DNA from: Scenedesmus sp. PABB004
Lineage: Eukaryota
Assembly: GCA_014905635.1 (NCBI GenBank)
Contig: JABVCE010000015.1
Coordinates: forward strand, 248,001-312,000
Direction of reading: 5' to 3'
Length of the DNA: 64,000 nucleotides
Made by a program: the position numbers and the translations under genes. Under the pieces are notes generated by a model, which saw only the letters and a list, made by a program, of their open reading frames with translations, searched no databases and was not told the DNA's origin. This document shows, piece after piece, positions 42,867 to 54,196 of this stretch. Position 1 is the first letter of the stretch; every line of letters starts with the position of its first letter.

Positions 42867-45265
42867 ATGGCCCCCAGCCAGCGTGGGGCGCGCGCCGGCG
42901 GCGGCCCGGGCCGCGCCCGCCGCCTCGCGGCGGCGCTCGCGGCCGTGGGGTCGGTGCTGCTGGCCTGCGCGCCCTCCGTGGGCGCCCAGGGCGGCTTCAC
43001 CTACGGCCAGGCGACGTGGTATGAAGGCATACAGCAGTGAGCGCCGCTCGCGCGTCACCGGGGCACCGCGCCCCGCCACGTGCTGCGCGCGGTGCTGGAG
43101 CGCGTAGCCGGCCGCGCGCCGAGCGCGCTGACCCCGCGCCGCCCAACGGCGCCCGGCCCCCGCCCGCAGAGGCTACTGCGGGTGCGCGCGCGCCGCCTCG
43201 AGCCGCAAGCGGGCACTGCTCGCGCGCGCTCGCACGCGGCGCCGCGCGCCGCGGCGCCCTGACGACCCGCACCTCCCCCGTCTCCCCCTCGTCCTCCCTC
43301 CTGCCCGCCCAGCTTCTTCGATGACATCCCAGACAACGGCTTCGTGGGTGCGCGCCGGTGGCCAGGCAGCACCGGCCAGGCAGCGCGGCCCGCGCGAGCC
43401 CAGGCCTGGGCCCCCGGGCCGCCACGCCGCCGGACCCGCGCGCCGCCGTGCCTGACCCCCGCGCCGCCCTGCCGCCCGCAGCCGCCTGGCCCTACGTCGA
43501 GACCGGCCCGCCCGGGACCGGCGAGGGCTTCTGGCAGCCGGGCGCGGCCGGCGACAGCCCCTGCGGGTGCGGGAAGGCGGTGCGCGCGCGCGCGCGCCGG
43601 GGCTCGCTCTGAGCCCGGGCGCGACGCGCCGAGCCGCGGCGGCGGCGCGCGCGACCCGCTGCCACCCGCCCCCGCCTGCCCGCCCCGCCACACTGCCACG
43701 CGCGCGCAGGCAGTGCTTCGTCGTGTCGTGCGTGCCGCGCTGGGTCGAGTCAGCCGATGGTTCGGTCTACCTGGACCGCCGCGACGCCTGCAGGGACACC
43801 AGCCTCGGCATCGTCGTCCAGGTCGTCGGTGCGCGCGCGGCGTGCAGCACGGCGCCGCGGGCAAGTCGGCGCCGCGCCGCGGCCTGGCGGCGCGCCCGGC
43901 CCACGCCGCGCCCGCGACCGCGCCGCCCGCGCGCAGACGAGTGCCGCTGCAGCAACGCCGACCGGAAGCTCAGCGAGCGCGGCAACTTCAAGTGAGCGGC
44001 CCGCCGCGCCGCGCCTGGGCCAGCACTGCGCGGCGCTGCTGACCTCACGCCGCCCCGCGCTGCCGCCGTTGCCGCCTGCTGCGGCCGCCTGGCGCACCGC
44101 AGCTGGTGCTGCAACGTCCGCACGCCGCGGCTCGGCGTGCAGCGCCACATTGACCTCTCCAAACAGGCCATGGCCCAGGTGCGGCGTGCGCTTGAGACTG
44201 CCCAACGACCTGCGCAGAGCGCGCGCCGCACGCTCACCCACGCGCGCGCGCCGCGCCGCGCCGCCGCCAACGCGCCGCCCGCCCGCCCGCCCGCCCGCCC
44301 GCCGCGCATGCGCACGCACCTGGCAGCTCGTGCGCGGCGGCGACGTCGGCCTCGGAATTCTGGGCATCCGCTGGCGCCGCGCGCCGTGCGACCACATCGG
44401 CCTCGTGCGGCTCGCCGCCGACGGCTCCACCACCCCGGTCGGCCGCGGCACCGCGCCCGGCGGCCGCCGCGGCGGCGGCCGCGGCGGCGGCGCCCGCAGC
44501 GGCGGAGGCCACGCCGCCGGTGGCGACGACACAACAGCGCCTGCGCGCGCGAGCCCTCCTCCCGCGCGCTCGCCGGCCCCGCGCCCCGAGCCCGCCAACC
44601 CGCCGCCTGCGGCGCGGCCCGCCGAGCTCACGGTGGCGGCGCAGGCGGCCAGGCCGCAGCAGCCGGCTGCAAAGCCGCCGCAGCAGCCAGCCACCAGGCC
44701 GCAGCAGCCGGCGGCCAAGCGGCCACAGCAGCCACCTGCCAGGCCGCAGCAGCCGGCGGCCAAGCCGCCACAGCAGCCAGCCGGCAGGCCGCAGCAGCCG
44801 GCGGCAAAGCCGCTGCAGCAGCCGGCGGGGGCCCTGCCCGCGCCCCAGCGCGAGGTGGCGGCGGCCGCCGGCGCTGGCGCCGCCGTGGCGGACCTGCCCG
44901 AGCGCGCGCAGTGCGGCGGCGCCGCCGGCGACTGCGGCGCGTTTGGCGCCGGCGCGTGCGCCGACGCGCCCTTCCCCGGCCGCGCCTGCGCGGCCGGCCT
45001 CGTGTGCGCGCGGCAGTCGGTCTACTACTACCAGTGCTGGAGCCCCGCCGTCGTCGCCACGCTGGGCCCCAACTGGAGCCTCGCCCCGCCCGCGGCGCCG
45101 CGGCCGGGCTGCGCCGCCACGCTGGAGCTCAACGCGCAGTGCGGCGGCGCCGGCGGCGCCTGCGCCGGCGCCGACTGCGCCGCCGCGCCCGTGCGCGGCG
45201 CGTGCTGCGCGCCGGGGCTCACGTGCACGCGCTTCGACCGCTGGTACTGGGAGTGCCGGGGGTAG
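42867..45265 (+). CDS. Secreted expansin-like (DPBB/GH45-like) protein with Pro/Gln repeat linker and two CBM1-like modules; multi-exon
   Basis: Signal peptide; GQATWY..GYCG, SPCGQCFVVSC, IVVQVVDECRC, NWCC, RHIDLS, GILGIRWRRAPC. C-terminal AQCGG..C..GLVCARQSVYYYQC and AQCGG..CCAPGLTCTRFDRWYWEC. Confidence 0.85.
44648..44830 (+). repeat. Coding 45-bp repeat (RPQQPAAKPPQQPAx) x4
   Basis: ARPQQPAAKPPQQPATRPQQPAAKRPQQPPARPQQPAAKPPQQPAGRPQQPAAKPLQQPAG. Confidence 0.9.
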
Positions 45266-46092
45266 TCTGCTGATGCTGCTGGTGGTGTTGGTGTTGGGCT
45301 GCTGCTGCCGCTGGCGACGCTGGTGCCGCCGCCGCAAGGCGTGTGCTGCTGTGCTGCTGCGCTCGGGTGGCGGCCGCACGAAAAGATCTGTGTCGGGGAG
45401 TTGACCGGGGGTGACCCGCGCGAGTAAACTATCGGCGGCGCGGCGAGCAACAGCAGATGACGCGACGCCGCCGCCGCGGCGGCAGCCATCGAGTCGTGCG
45501 GGCGCCTGCCTGGCGAGCTGCCGTGTCATCCAGCTCCCTCATTAGCTGCTGGCGCCGCCGCACCGCTGCCGTCGCTGGGGCAGCGGGGCGCAGCGGCCGG
45601 GATCGCACGCGGGACAGCCCGGATTACACAGAGGCGCGTTCGTGCGTTCGTGCACCTTCATGTGGTGTGAGAGGTGCGGGAGGTCAGCTGCGCGCCCGGT
45701 CGTCAGGCATGCAGCGCCCCGGCGGGCGCGGGGCGACTCGGAACTTGGGGCAGGCCACGTGCTGCTCGCGGACGGCTTGCCCGGCCCCATCGGCTGCGGT
45801 TTTCGGCAACCCAGAGCATCAGAACCTACCTCACGCGCTGCCGTGCGAAAACGAGTCGTGGTCGTCGCTGGAAGTGATCGCCGCTCGCCCCGACCAGCGC
45901 TGGCCCAGCGCCGCCCGCCTTCCCTTCCCGCTACGCCGCCTTCCAGTCCACCGCCTCTTCGTTCCCCGCACTTAGCCACTCCGCCCAGCGTCACAGGCCA
46001 CGCAAACCGCCCCAACCAGCCCCACGCGCCCAACCAGACCTGCCCGACGGCACGCCGTCGCACCGGCGCCACGCCCGCGCGGACGTAGAGCC

Positions 46093-49000
46093 ATGACTCG
46101 CGCCAAGCGCGGCAGCGCCCGTGAGCGGCGCGGCGCGCGCGGGCAGGGCCGCCAGCAGCCCCGCATGGGCGCGCCTGGAAGCCGGCCTCCATGGGCGCGG
46201 GCAGCCATGCCCCCGCCCCGCGCCCGCCGCGGTCGGTGCGCAACACCTCATGCCGCTTCTCACCGCCACCGCAGGGCCGCTGCTGCTGGCGGCGGCGCTG
46301 GCGCTCCTGGCCGGCGGCGCGGCCGCCGCGCGCTTTGCGCCCGCCGGCGCCGCCGACCCCTTCGGCGGCCTGCTGGGCGGCGGCGGCTCCATGCGCCGCC
46401 TGCTGGTACGTGGTAGCGGCGCGCGCCCCGGCGGCGCAGCGGGGGCCGCCCACGCGCACCTCGGCCCGCCCGCGCCCAACGCCCGGCTGTCCCGCGCCCG
46501 GCCGCCCGCCGCTCCTTCAGGGCAACTGGGGAGATGCAGGCACGTGCAGTGGCCGGAACATCAGCAGCAGGGGGGCGGTGCCCGTGCCGGCCGGCGACAG
46601 CGTCGCTTGGACTGATCTGAAGACTAGCCTGGGATGGGACGTGGCCAGCACGCGCCCGAGCCTCGCCCAATGGTCGGCCAACAACGGCTCCCTCCCCGCT
46701 GGCAGCCAGGACCTGTTCAGCATCCTGTGCGAGGGGCAAAGCAAAATGGCGGGCACCTTCCCCAGCCTGTTCTGCGACCAGAACGGCCGCGACGACACCA
46801 AGCTTGCGGGCCAGGTGCACGTGCGCTGGGACTGCGCCAACGGCGCGCTGTGGGTGCTCGCGTACGTGCTCGGCGGCCGCGGCCTCGACGTCACCAGCGC
46901 TGGCTTTGGCGCGATGTATGCCCTCTGGGAGTGCGCCGGCACCGATCCCGCCGGCCGGTGCTACAACGGCGCCGGGGGCGACAAGTTCCTGTTTTACGGT
47001 GGCAGCTCCACGACGGCCAGCTTCTGCCCTGGCGGCAGCGGCAACGGCAACGTCCCGTGCCCCAACCCGACCATTCCGACCGCCACGGCTGCATCCTCGG
47101 GTTACCCCTGCTGCCGCGACATGTGGCCCGTCCATGACGGGACCGACGGCATGATCGGCTGGCTGGGCGTCGCCTACCTCAACCGGCCCACCTCGACGCC
47201 CGCCGCGCTGCGCGTGAACGGCCTCTTTGCCCACCTGAACTACCGCTCCACCGAGGCGGGCACTGGCGGCACGACTGCCTCCACGGGCTCGTCCGCCATC
47301 AGCGCCCGCGCCTGCCTGACCTGCCCTGCTTGCGACTCCGATTGCTGCGGCAACGACTGCAATGGTGCGCGCGAGCCCGCAGCGCGCCCGGCGCGCGCGC
47401 GCCGCGGCCGGCCTCTCGCCGCGCGCGCGCGGGCTCCCGCTGCGCTCACCCCCCCCCCCCCCTGCCCCCGCCGCCCTCTGCCCTGCTGCCGCCGCGGCCC
47501 GTCAGAGCCCAGTTCTTTCACCGTGAGCCGCCGCCGCTGGCTGCGCCGCGCTGCCCTCCAGAGCCGCGTGCTGCAGCGCGCGCCCCCGCCTGCCCGCTGC
47601 CGGCGGCCCCTCACACGCCGCCGCCCGCCGCCCCTATGTGTCACGCGGCCTCGCAGTGCTTCCTGGAGGCCACGGACTCCCAGTGCGCGGGGACGAGCGG
47701 CGCCGACGCGAGCTCCCTGGTCTTCACCATCAAGGACGTGCCAACCACCACCGCCTCGTCCGGTGTCAGTGCCGCGCTCGTCGTTGCGGACACGACGGCT
47801 TCTGGGTGCAGCGCCTCGACCCCTGGTGGGCACAGCGGCGCGCTCGCGGGCCGTGCTGCACGGGGGCCACACACGCGGGCGCGCGCGCGCGCTGCCCTCC
47901 CCCTGCTCCTCCAACGCTCGCCCGCGGCCGTGCCCGCCGCCGCCGCCGCGCGCTCGCAGTGAGGCAGGTCAACGGCGACTACGTGGTGACCGTCTCCGGC
48001 TGCACCGTGCCCTCGGGCGCCGCGTCCGCGGCCGTCACGGTGTCCGCGAGCGTGGCCGGGGGCGTCAGCCCCACGCCCTGCACCGCCGCGACCGCGACGC
48101 TCAACCGCAAGCCGACCGTGGCCGTCGCCGCGCCCAGCTCGAGCGTGCCCAGCTTTTGCAGCAACGACACGACCCCCAAGGACTTCACCTTCACAGTCAG
48201 CAGCAACGTCGCCGGCAGCGCCGCCCTCTCGGTGACCAGCGGGGCCGGCTGCACCCTGACTGGTGCGCGACGCGGGCGCGTGGCGCAGCGCTGCCGCGCG
48301 TGCGCCTGGCGGCCCTGCGCCGCGCCGCACGCGCTGCGGCCGGCGCGCGGGCCCCACGCCCTGCGCCCCGCGCCCGCGCCCGCGCGCGCGGCCCACGCCG
48401 CCGCTGCTCTGCGCGCCGCGCGCAGCCGGCAGCCCCGTCACCCTGACGGCGGGGGACAACCCTTTCACCGTCTCCTGCAACACCTCGACGTGGACCACCG
48501 GCACGGCGCAGACCGTCACGCTCACGGCCACCCAGACTGTGAGCCCCTGCACCGCCTCCACCGCGACCGCGTCCGTGAGCGTCACCAAGGTCCTGCAGCC
48601 CGTCATCACCGTGACCGCGGGCTCCGCCGCCGACTTCTGCAGCGCGGACGCCGCCAGCACCAAGAACTTCACCTTCACCGTCACCAACAACACCGCCGTC
48701 ATCCTCACCCCCTCTGACAACGGGGACCTGGGCTGCTATGTCAGCAACGGTGCGTGCGGCGGGCGCGCAGCGGTCGGCGCGCCCGCCGCTGGCCGCCAGC
48801 GCCCTCTCTACACCCCCCCCCTCTCCCGTCCCCAACCATCCCCACACCTTTGCTCGCTTGCTCACCCGCACGCCGCCGCTGCCCTGCCGCGTTGCTGTTG
48901 CCACGCAGGGGTTGTGGACGAGACCGGCAGCCTCATCGTGACCGTCACCTGCAACCAGCCCACGGGCGGCTGGACGGCCGGCGCGCTGGGCGTCACGCTG

Positions 49001-50844
49001 ACGGCGTCCGCGACCAACACCGACGGCAACACAGTCGACACCGTGAGCTGCACGGACAGCGCGTCAGCCACCGCGTCGCTCACGATCAAGCCCACGCCCG
49101 CGCCGGCCCTCACCGCGCCGACGACCGCGCCGAGCGTGTGCAGCGGCACCAGCGGCAATGTGACCTTCACCTTTGGCCTGTCCAGCTCGCTGACCGGCGG
49201 CTCGTTCACCTACGGCGTGACGCCTGCTGCCGGCCCTGCCTGCTCCGCCGAGGCCATCGACGGTGCGGCTTGTCGCGCCCGCACGCGTGCTGCTGCTGGT
49301 GCACCCCCGCCCCCCGCCCCTCCTCTCACACACGCGCCCACGCACACGTGCGCTGCAGGTGGCGTGAACGTGACCTGCAGCCCGACAGGCAACTGGGCAA
49401 CCGGCACTACCACCGTCAACCTCACCGCCAGCCAGACGGTCAACGGCTGCACCGGCGAAGACAGCAAGGCCACGACGCTCACGGTCAAGTCTACGCCCAC
49501 GCTCACCGCGTCGGTCGGCGCCGCGCCCTTCATCTGCGCTGGCTTCAACGACCCCAAGAACTTCACCGTGACCGTGAACAGCGACAAGACTGGGGCCATC
49601 AGCGTCGTGCCGACCGCCCCCTCGGGCGTGACCTGCGACAACGCCACGGGTGCGTGGGGGAGGGGGCGGGGGGACAGCAGCGCTCCGCACGCACGCACCT
49701 GGCCCGCCCGGCCCGCGCTGCGCTGCGCCGCGCCGTGCCGCTTGCCCGGCGGCTGACCTGCGCCCCCCCCCCCCCCCCCCCGCCCGCCCCCGCCCCCGCC
49801 CCGGCACACCCCGCGCGCCCGCAGTGCCCTACACCACGCCCGGCGTTGACGCCACCGCTGTCGTGACCTGCAGGCCCACCAGCACGTGGGGCGTCGTTGG
49901 CTGCTTCACTTTGGGCGTGACGGCCAGCCAGACCGCCGACAACGGCTGCACCGGCACTAAGACCGCAGATCAGTCGGCGACTGTGTCGACCTGCACGAGC
50001 GCGAGCGGCACCGCCTACGCCTACAGCGACGCCACCAGCTTTACCGCGGCGACCTCCAGGAACTCCAGCAGTGCCATGTGCTTCAAGAGCACGCCCATCG
50101 GCTGCAGCAACTGGTGCGCAGCCGCGCGGCCGCGCCGCAAAAGCCGCCCCGCGCGAGCGCAGCGACGCGCCCCGCGGCACGCCCGCGGCTGCGCAGCGCA
50201 GCCGCTCACCCGCGTGCCGCACGCCGCGCCGCAGGGGCTGGCGCAACCTCTGGAAGGAGGGTCAGACCACCAAGGAGTATGTGCTCATCACCGGCGCGGG
50301 CAACAACCTGTGCGGTGGCGGTGCCAACGCTGGCACGCTCAAGGTTTCGTGCGCCAACACCGGCACTGGCTCCACGTTCACATTTGTGGGCATCGGCGGC
50401 GGCCAGACCACCACGGGCGCGGTCGACATGCACTTTTATGCCGGCTGCGCGGCGCCGCCCAAGACCAACACCAAGCGCTGCACGCCCGGCACCAACGCGT
50501 TTGGCGCCGCGTCCAACGGCTCGCCCGGCTACGGCGGCAACGTCGCGCCGCAGCTGCCACAGCTCCTGGCGCCGACCGACGCGAGCAAGCAGGCGTACAG
50601 CGTGTCGCTCGGCTGCACCTGCAGCGCTGTGCACTGGGTCTTCCACGAGAGTGGCAACTACGTAATCGTCGGCGGCGACGTGCCCGAGTGCGCAGCCAGC
50701 CAGCAGACGACGCTGGCGACGTTCCAGTCGAGCCGGCGCGCGCCCGCCCAGCCCGCCACGGGCGGCGCGAAGGCTGGCAAGGGCAAGCCCGGCAGGAAGC
50801 CCGGCAAGCCCGGCAAGAGGCCCGGCAAGTCGCCCGCGCCCTGA
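46093..50844 (+). CDS. Large secreted Cys/Thr/Ser-rich repeat protein, paralog A: Cys-rich head, 5 Ig/PKD-like repeats, C-terminal domain, Lys-rich tail
   Basis: Exon 1 46093-46120 splices to 46275, giving MTRAKRGSARPLLLAAALALLAGGAAA. Repeats of about 100 aa (FTFTVSSN..C..VTVTC..W..V.LTA..GC..ATLTV..P); tail KPGRKPGKPGKRPGKSPAP*. Exon structure conserved with paralog B. Confidence 0.85.
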
Positions 50845-51873
50845 GCCCGCGCCGACGGGGTTGTGTGCTGCTCTGCAACGGCGCTCGGCGGGGCTCGGGA
50901 ATAAGCCGGGCCGCACGCGCCGCGCGCCGGGCGGCTGGCGCGGCGCGGGGCAGTCCGCGGGTCGATCCAGCGTGTTGTTGGCTGTGCCGGCGGCGCGCGT
51001 CAGCCGCGGCACAGCAGCACTGCAGGCGGTTTGCGCACGGGCGGGCGGGCGGCGGGCTGCTGCACCTGCACAGGTTGGGGCGGCAGGCTTTGGCTTTGGA
51101 CAGCTTTTGCACACGCGGCCTGCTGGCTGGGCACGGTGCCAATAACCACACGCGCGAGCGGCGCGCCGCCGCTGACAGCGGCGTGGCCGCGCCGCGCTGG
51201 GCCCGGCTGCGCCGGCTGCGCGCGGCTGCCCTGCAACGACGGACGGGTGCGCAGGGGTGTGCGACCAAACCAAACACACAACGCTGTAGTTGAAGCGAGA
51301 CCGAGCTTTGCATGCGCCAGCACCGGCGCGGCGCTGGTCGGCGCCGGGCCGGGGGCCGGTCGAGGACTCGGCCAGGCGGCGGCGGTGCTGCGGCAGCACC
51401 ACCAGCCAGACAACCAACGCACGCGCTGGACTGAAACTGCCGGTGGGTGGGCCGGCAGCGGCTGCGCAACTTTGTGGGGTGGGGTAGCGAGGCTGGCTTG
51501 CCTGCCACTGCCGCTTCCAGTGCGGCTGCACTGCTTTTTGGGGGGGCTGGGCCGGCTGGCTGGTCGCGAGCGTGGGCTGGGCCCGAGCTCGAGGCCCCTG
51601 CTAGGCTTTCCTGCCCAGGCTTGGGCTAGGCTTTCGAGCCCAGGCTTGGGCGCGGCGTCGACTGGCTGTTGTTGTTGCTCACCAAAGCATCAAAGCACAC
51701 AGGACCGCAATCAAACGCGCGCGGGGGCTTGTCCTTGCGATTGTGGCGTGGCGCCGCCGCTGGGACAAGAAGATAACGATGGCGCCTTGAGCTGCCTCGG
51801 GCTGCAGTGCAGTCGGCGCTGCGGCCGCGCTGCGCGCCTGGTGCGGCACCCTCCTCCTCATGCCCTCCGTAGG

Positions 51874-51890
51874 CCCTAAACCCTAAACCC
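51874..51890. repeat. Interstitial plant-type telomere repeat (CCCTAAA)2CCC
   Basis: ccctaaaccctaaaccc seen directly. Confidence 0.65.
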
Positions 51891-52200
51891 CAGCAGGAGC
51901 GGGGCGCCCCCGCTTCGCTCTGATGATGATGATGATGCACGGCCTCAGAACTGCGACCACGCCCCCACGCACTCACACGCCCGCCCCGGACCCTGCGCGC
52001 GACCACCTACTTGAGGCAGCACTTGAGGCCGCGCACGGCCGACTCGGAACCTCTGCGTGTGTGCGTGTGTGCGCGCTGGTGTGTGTGCGTCTGCGGGCGC
52101 ACCCGGGGGCCAGGCCTCCCCGGCCCCCCGGGCCCCCCGATCCAATAACCACGCAACCCCAACAAAGTCCACCAGGAAAAGTCGCGTTGTAGCAGCCTTG

Positions 52201-52247
52201 GTCTTGGTTCTATCCATGTGGCGTCTTGGTTCTATCCATGTGGCGTC
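52201..52247. repeat. Perfect 22-bp tandem duplication
   Basis: gtcttggttctatccatgtggc x2 plus gtc. Confidence 0.95.
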
Positions 52248-52434
52248 CGGCCAAAGAAAGGGGCTGAGCCCCGCCCAGCGGGGGTGCTGGTGTGCGCGCC
52301 CCGCGTCCGGTTGATGACCAGGTTTCAGGCTTGAGGCGCGGGCACTCGTCAAACGCACGCATGCACACTGTCAACAAACAACGAGGTAACGCCTTCGCAG
52401 ACCGCTTTGCTTCGCGCGTCCAAGGCCGCTCCGC

Positions 52435-53012
52435 TGACCCTCTGCTGGCAGCGCCGGGGCAGCCCGCTGCGGGTGCGCGCGCCGCCGCGGGGGCTCAGCC
52501 GGGCACGGGGGCGCCTGGGCGAGACGCTGGCAGGTGCGCTGTAGCCAGCGCGCGGCGCAGGCCAGCGGCGCAGCCGGCAGCGGGGGCGGCGCGCGGAGTT
52601 GCCGCTGCCGCGCAGGCCGCAGCGAGCTGCGCGGCGGAGGCGGCCGGCTGCGAAACAAACGCGCGGGGGCACGATCACACAGCTCGCCTGCCCTTGGCGC
52701 TACAAGGAGATGAGCTCCATGCTGTCCGAGGAGGGCGCTGGCGCGAGCCGGCCGCTGCCCGCGGCGCCGCCGGGCGGCTGCGCCCCCGCCTGGTCCCCCG
52801 CGCTGCCGTCCTCGTCGTGGTCCCGGCTTAACACGGCCGCGTGCGGCGGCGGCAGCTGCTGCGGCTGCAGCGCGCGCGCCTGCCCCGGCGGCGGCGCCAG
52901 CACCAGCACCGGCGCGGCGCCCGGCGCCTGGTCGCGGCCGTCGCCCGGCGACTTGACCGCGTCGCGCGGCGCCGCCCCCGCGCCGCCGCCGGCGGCGGCG
53001 CCCCTGCCGGGC
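52435..53012 (-). pseudogene. Inverted, diverged duplicate of the last about 110 codons and 3' flank of the aspartic protease gene (source about 41805-42375)
   Basis: Minus strand reads PGRGAAAGGGAGAAPRDAVKSPGDGRDQAPG..DHDEDGSAGDQAGAQPPGG..RLAPAPSSDSMELISL*, matching the protease C-terminus. Nucleotide similarity continues about 240 bp past the stop. Confidence 0.92.
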
Positions 53013-53979
53013 CTGAGCAGAAGGCCAGGCTCGGGGGCGCCGCGAGCGTCGCCAAGCGACAGGCCGCGACGAGTGCTCGTTGCGCCCGTCGGCGCGCCAC
53101 GACTGTGGACGCGCGCGCGCCGTGAGGGCCGCGCCACACCCTCCAAAATGAGATGGCGCTCCAAAAAGATGAGCGGGACCACTGGCGGCTGCCCGGCTGG
53201 GTGCGAGCGCTGCCGGCGGGCGGCGAGCGACGCGCCGTGCGCGCCGGCCGCCCGCCAGCGCGCTTGCGACGCCGCCGCCCTGCGTGTGCCCTGTTGCCCG
53301 AGGAGGAGGTCGGTTGGCCCCGCTCGCCGAAAACAGGCCGGCCAGGGCAGCGCACCCGCGCTCGTCCGCACGTCGCTGCCGCCGCCGCCGCCGCCGCCGC
53401 AGGGGCAGCCCACCGACGCCGTGTGCTCAGGCAACCAGCGGATCACCCGACTGGCCGCCCAGCGACCCGCGCGAGCGAGTGAGCGACTGGCGGCGGTGCG
53501 CGTGCAGCAGCAGATGGCACGACGCCGCCGCTGCGCCAGCCCTTTGAGCAGTGCGGGCTCCGACCGGGCGAGAGCTTCGAGGACAGCACAGGCGATCTGC
53601 TGTCGCTGCCGTGGCGTCGCCGGGCAGCCGGGCAGGGGACAGCGCGGTCGCCGGCCGCATGCGCGGGCAGCCTGGTCTGCGTAGCGGCGCCTGCGGCGTT
53701 CGTGCGCCGCAAGGTGATCTTGTAGGTGCAGAACGAGAGATCTGAGCCGTGACATCGGGCATGCATGGACACGGGCGGGCGCAGCCCGGCGTCAAAGTTC
53801 GGCGACTCGCCGCGCTGCTCGCGCGCGGCCCGCCAGGCCCTGGCAGCCGCTGTGGTACCATATCTCGACTCTCCAAAGCTTTATCACAGGCTGCCGGGCC
53901 AAGTAGAGGCATCAGCGCACGCCGGGTCGGCATTCTCGCCTCCTTCCGGCGACCGGTCGACCGGTGCCCAAGCCGGCGA

Positions 53980-54013
53980 CTGCCCAAGCCGGCGACGTCG
54001 CCGGCTTGGGCAG
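53980..54013. repeat. Perfect 34-bp palindrome upstream of paralog B
   Basis: ctgcccaagccggcgacgtcgccggcttgggcag equals its own reverse complement. Confidence 0.95.
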
Positions 54014-54196
54014 GAGCTGGGCGCCCAGCAGCCTCCGCGCCGCTCAAATCGCTCGCGTCCGGGGCGCTGGAAAGACTGATCACTTTCCCAGCTCCATACG
54101 CTGCGCAAACCGCCGCACCGGGCCGCCCAACCCGGCGCCGGCTTCTTCGCACCACCGGCCTCGCGCCGCGGCCCGCGCACGCGCGCACGTAGAGCC

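Noticed and set aside
52700..53755. 351-aa ORF as a bona fide gene
   Set aside because: Only the last about 105 codons are recognisable (duplicated protease tail) and the rest looks like non-coding GC sequence; kept as pseudogene fragment and finding.
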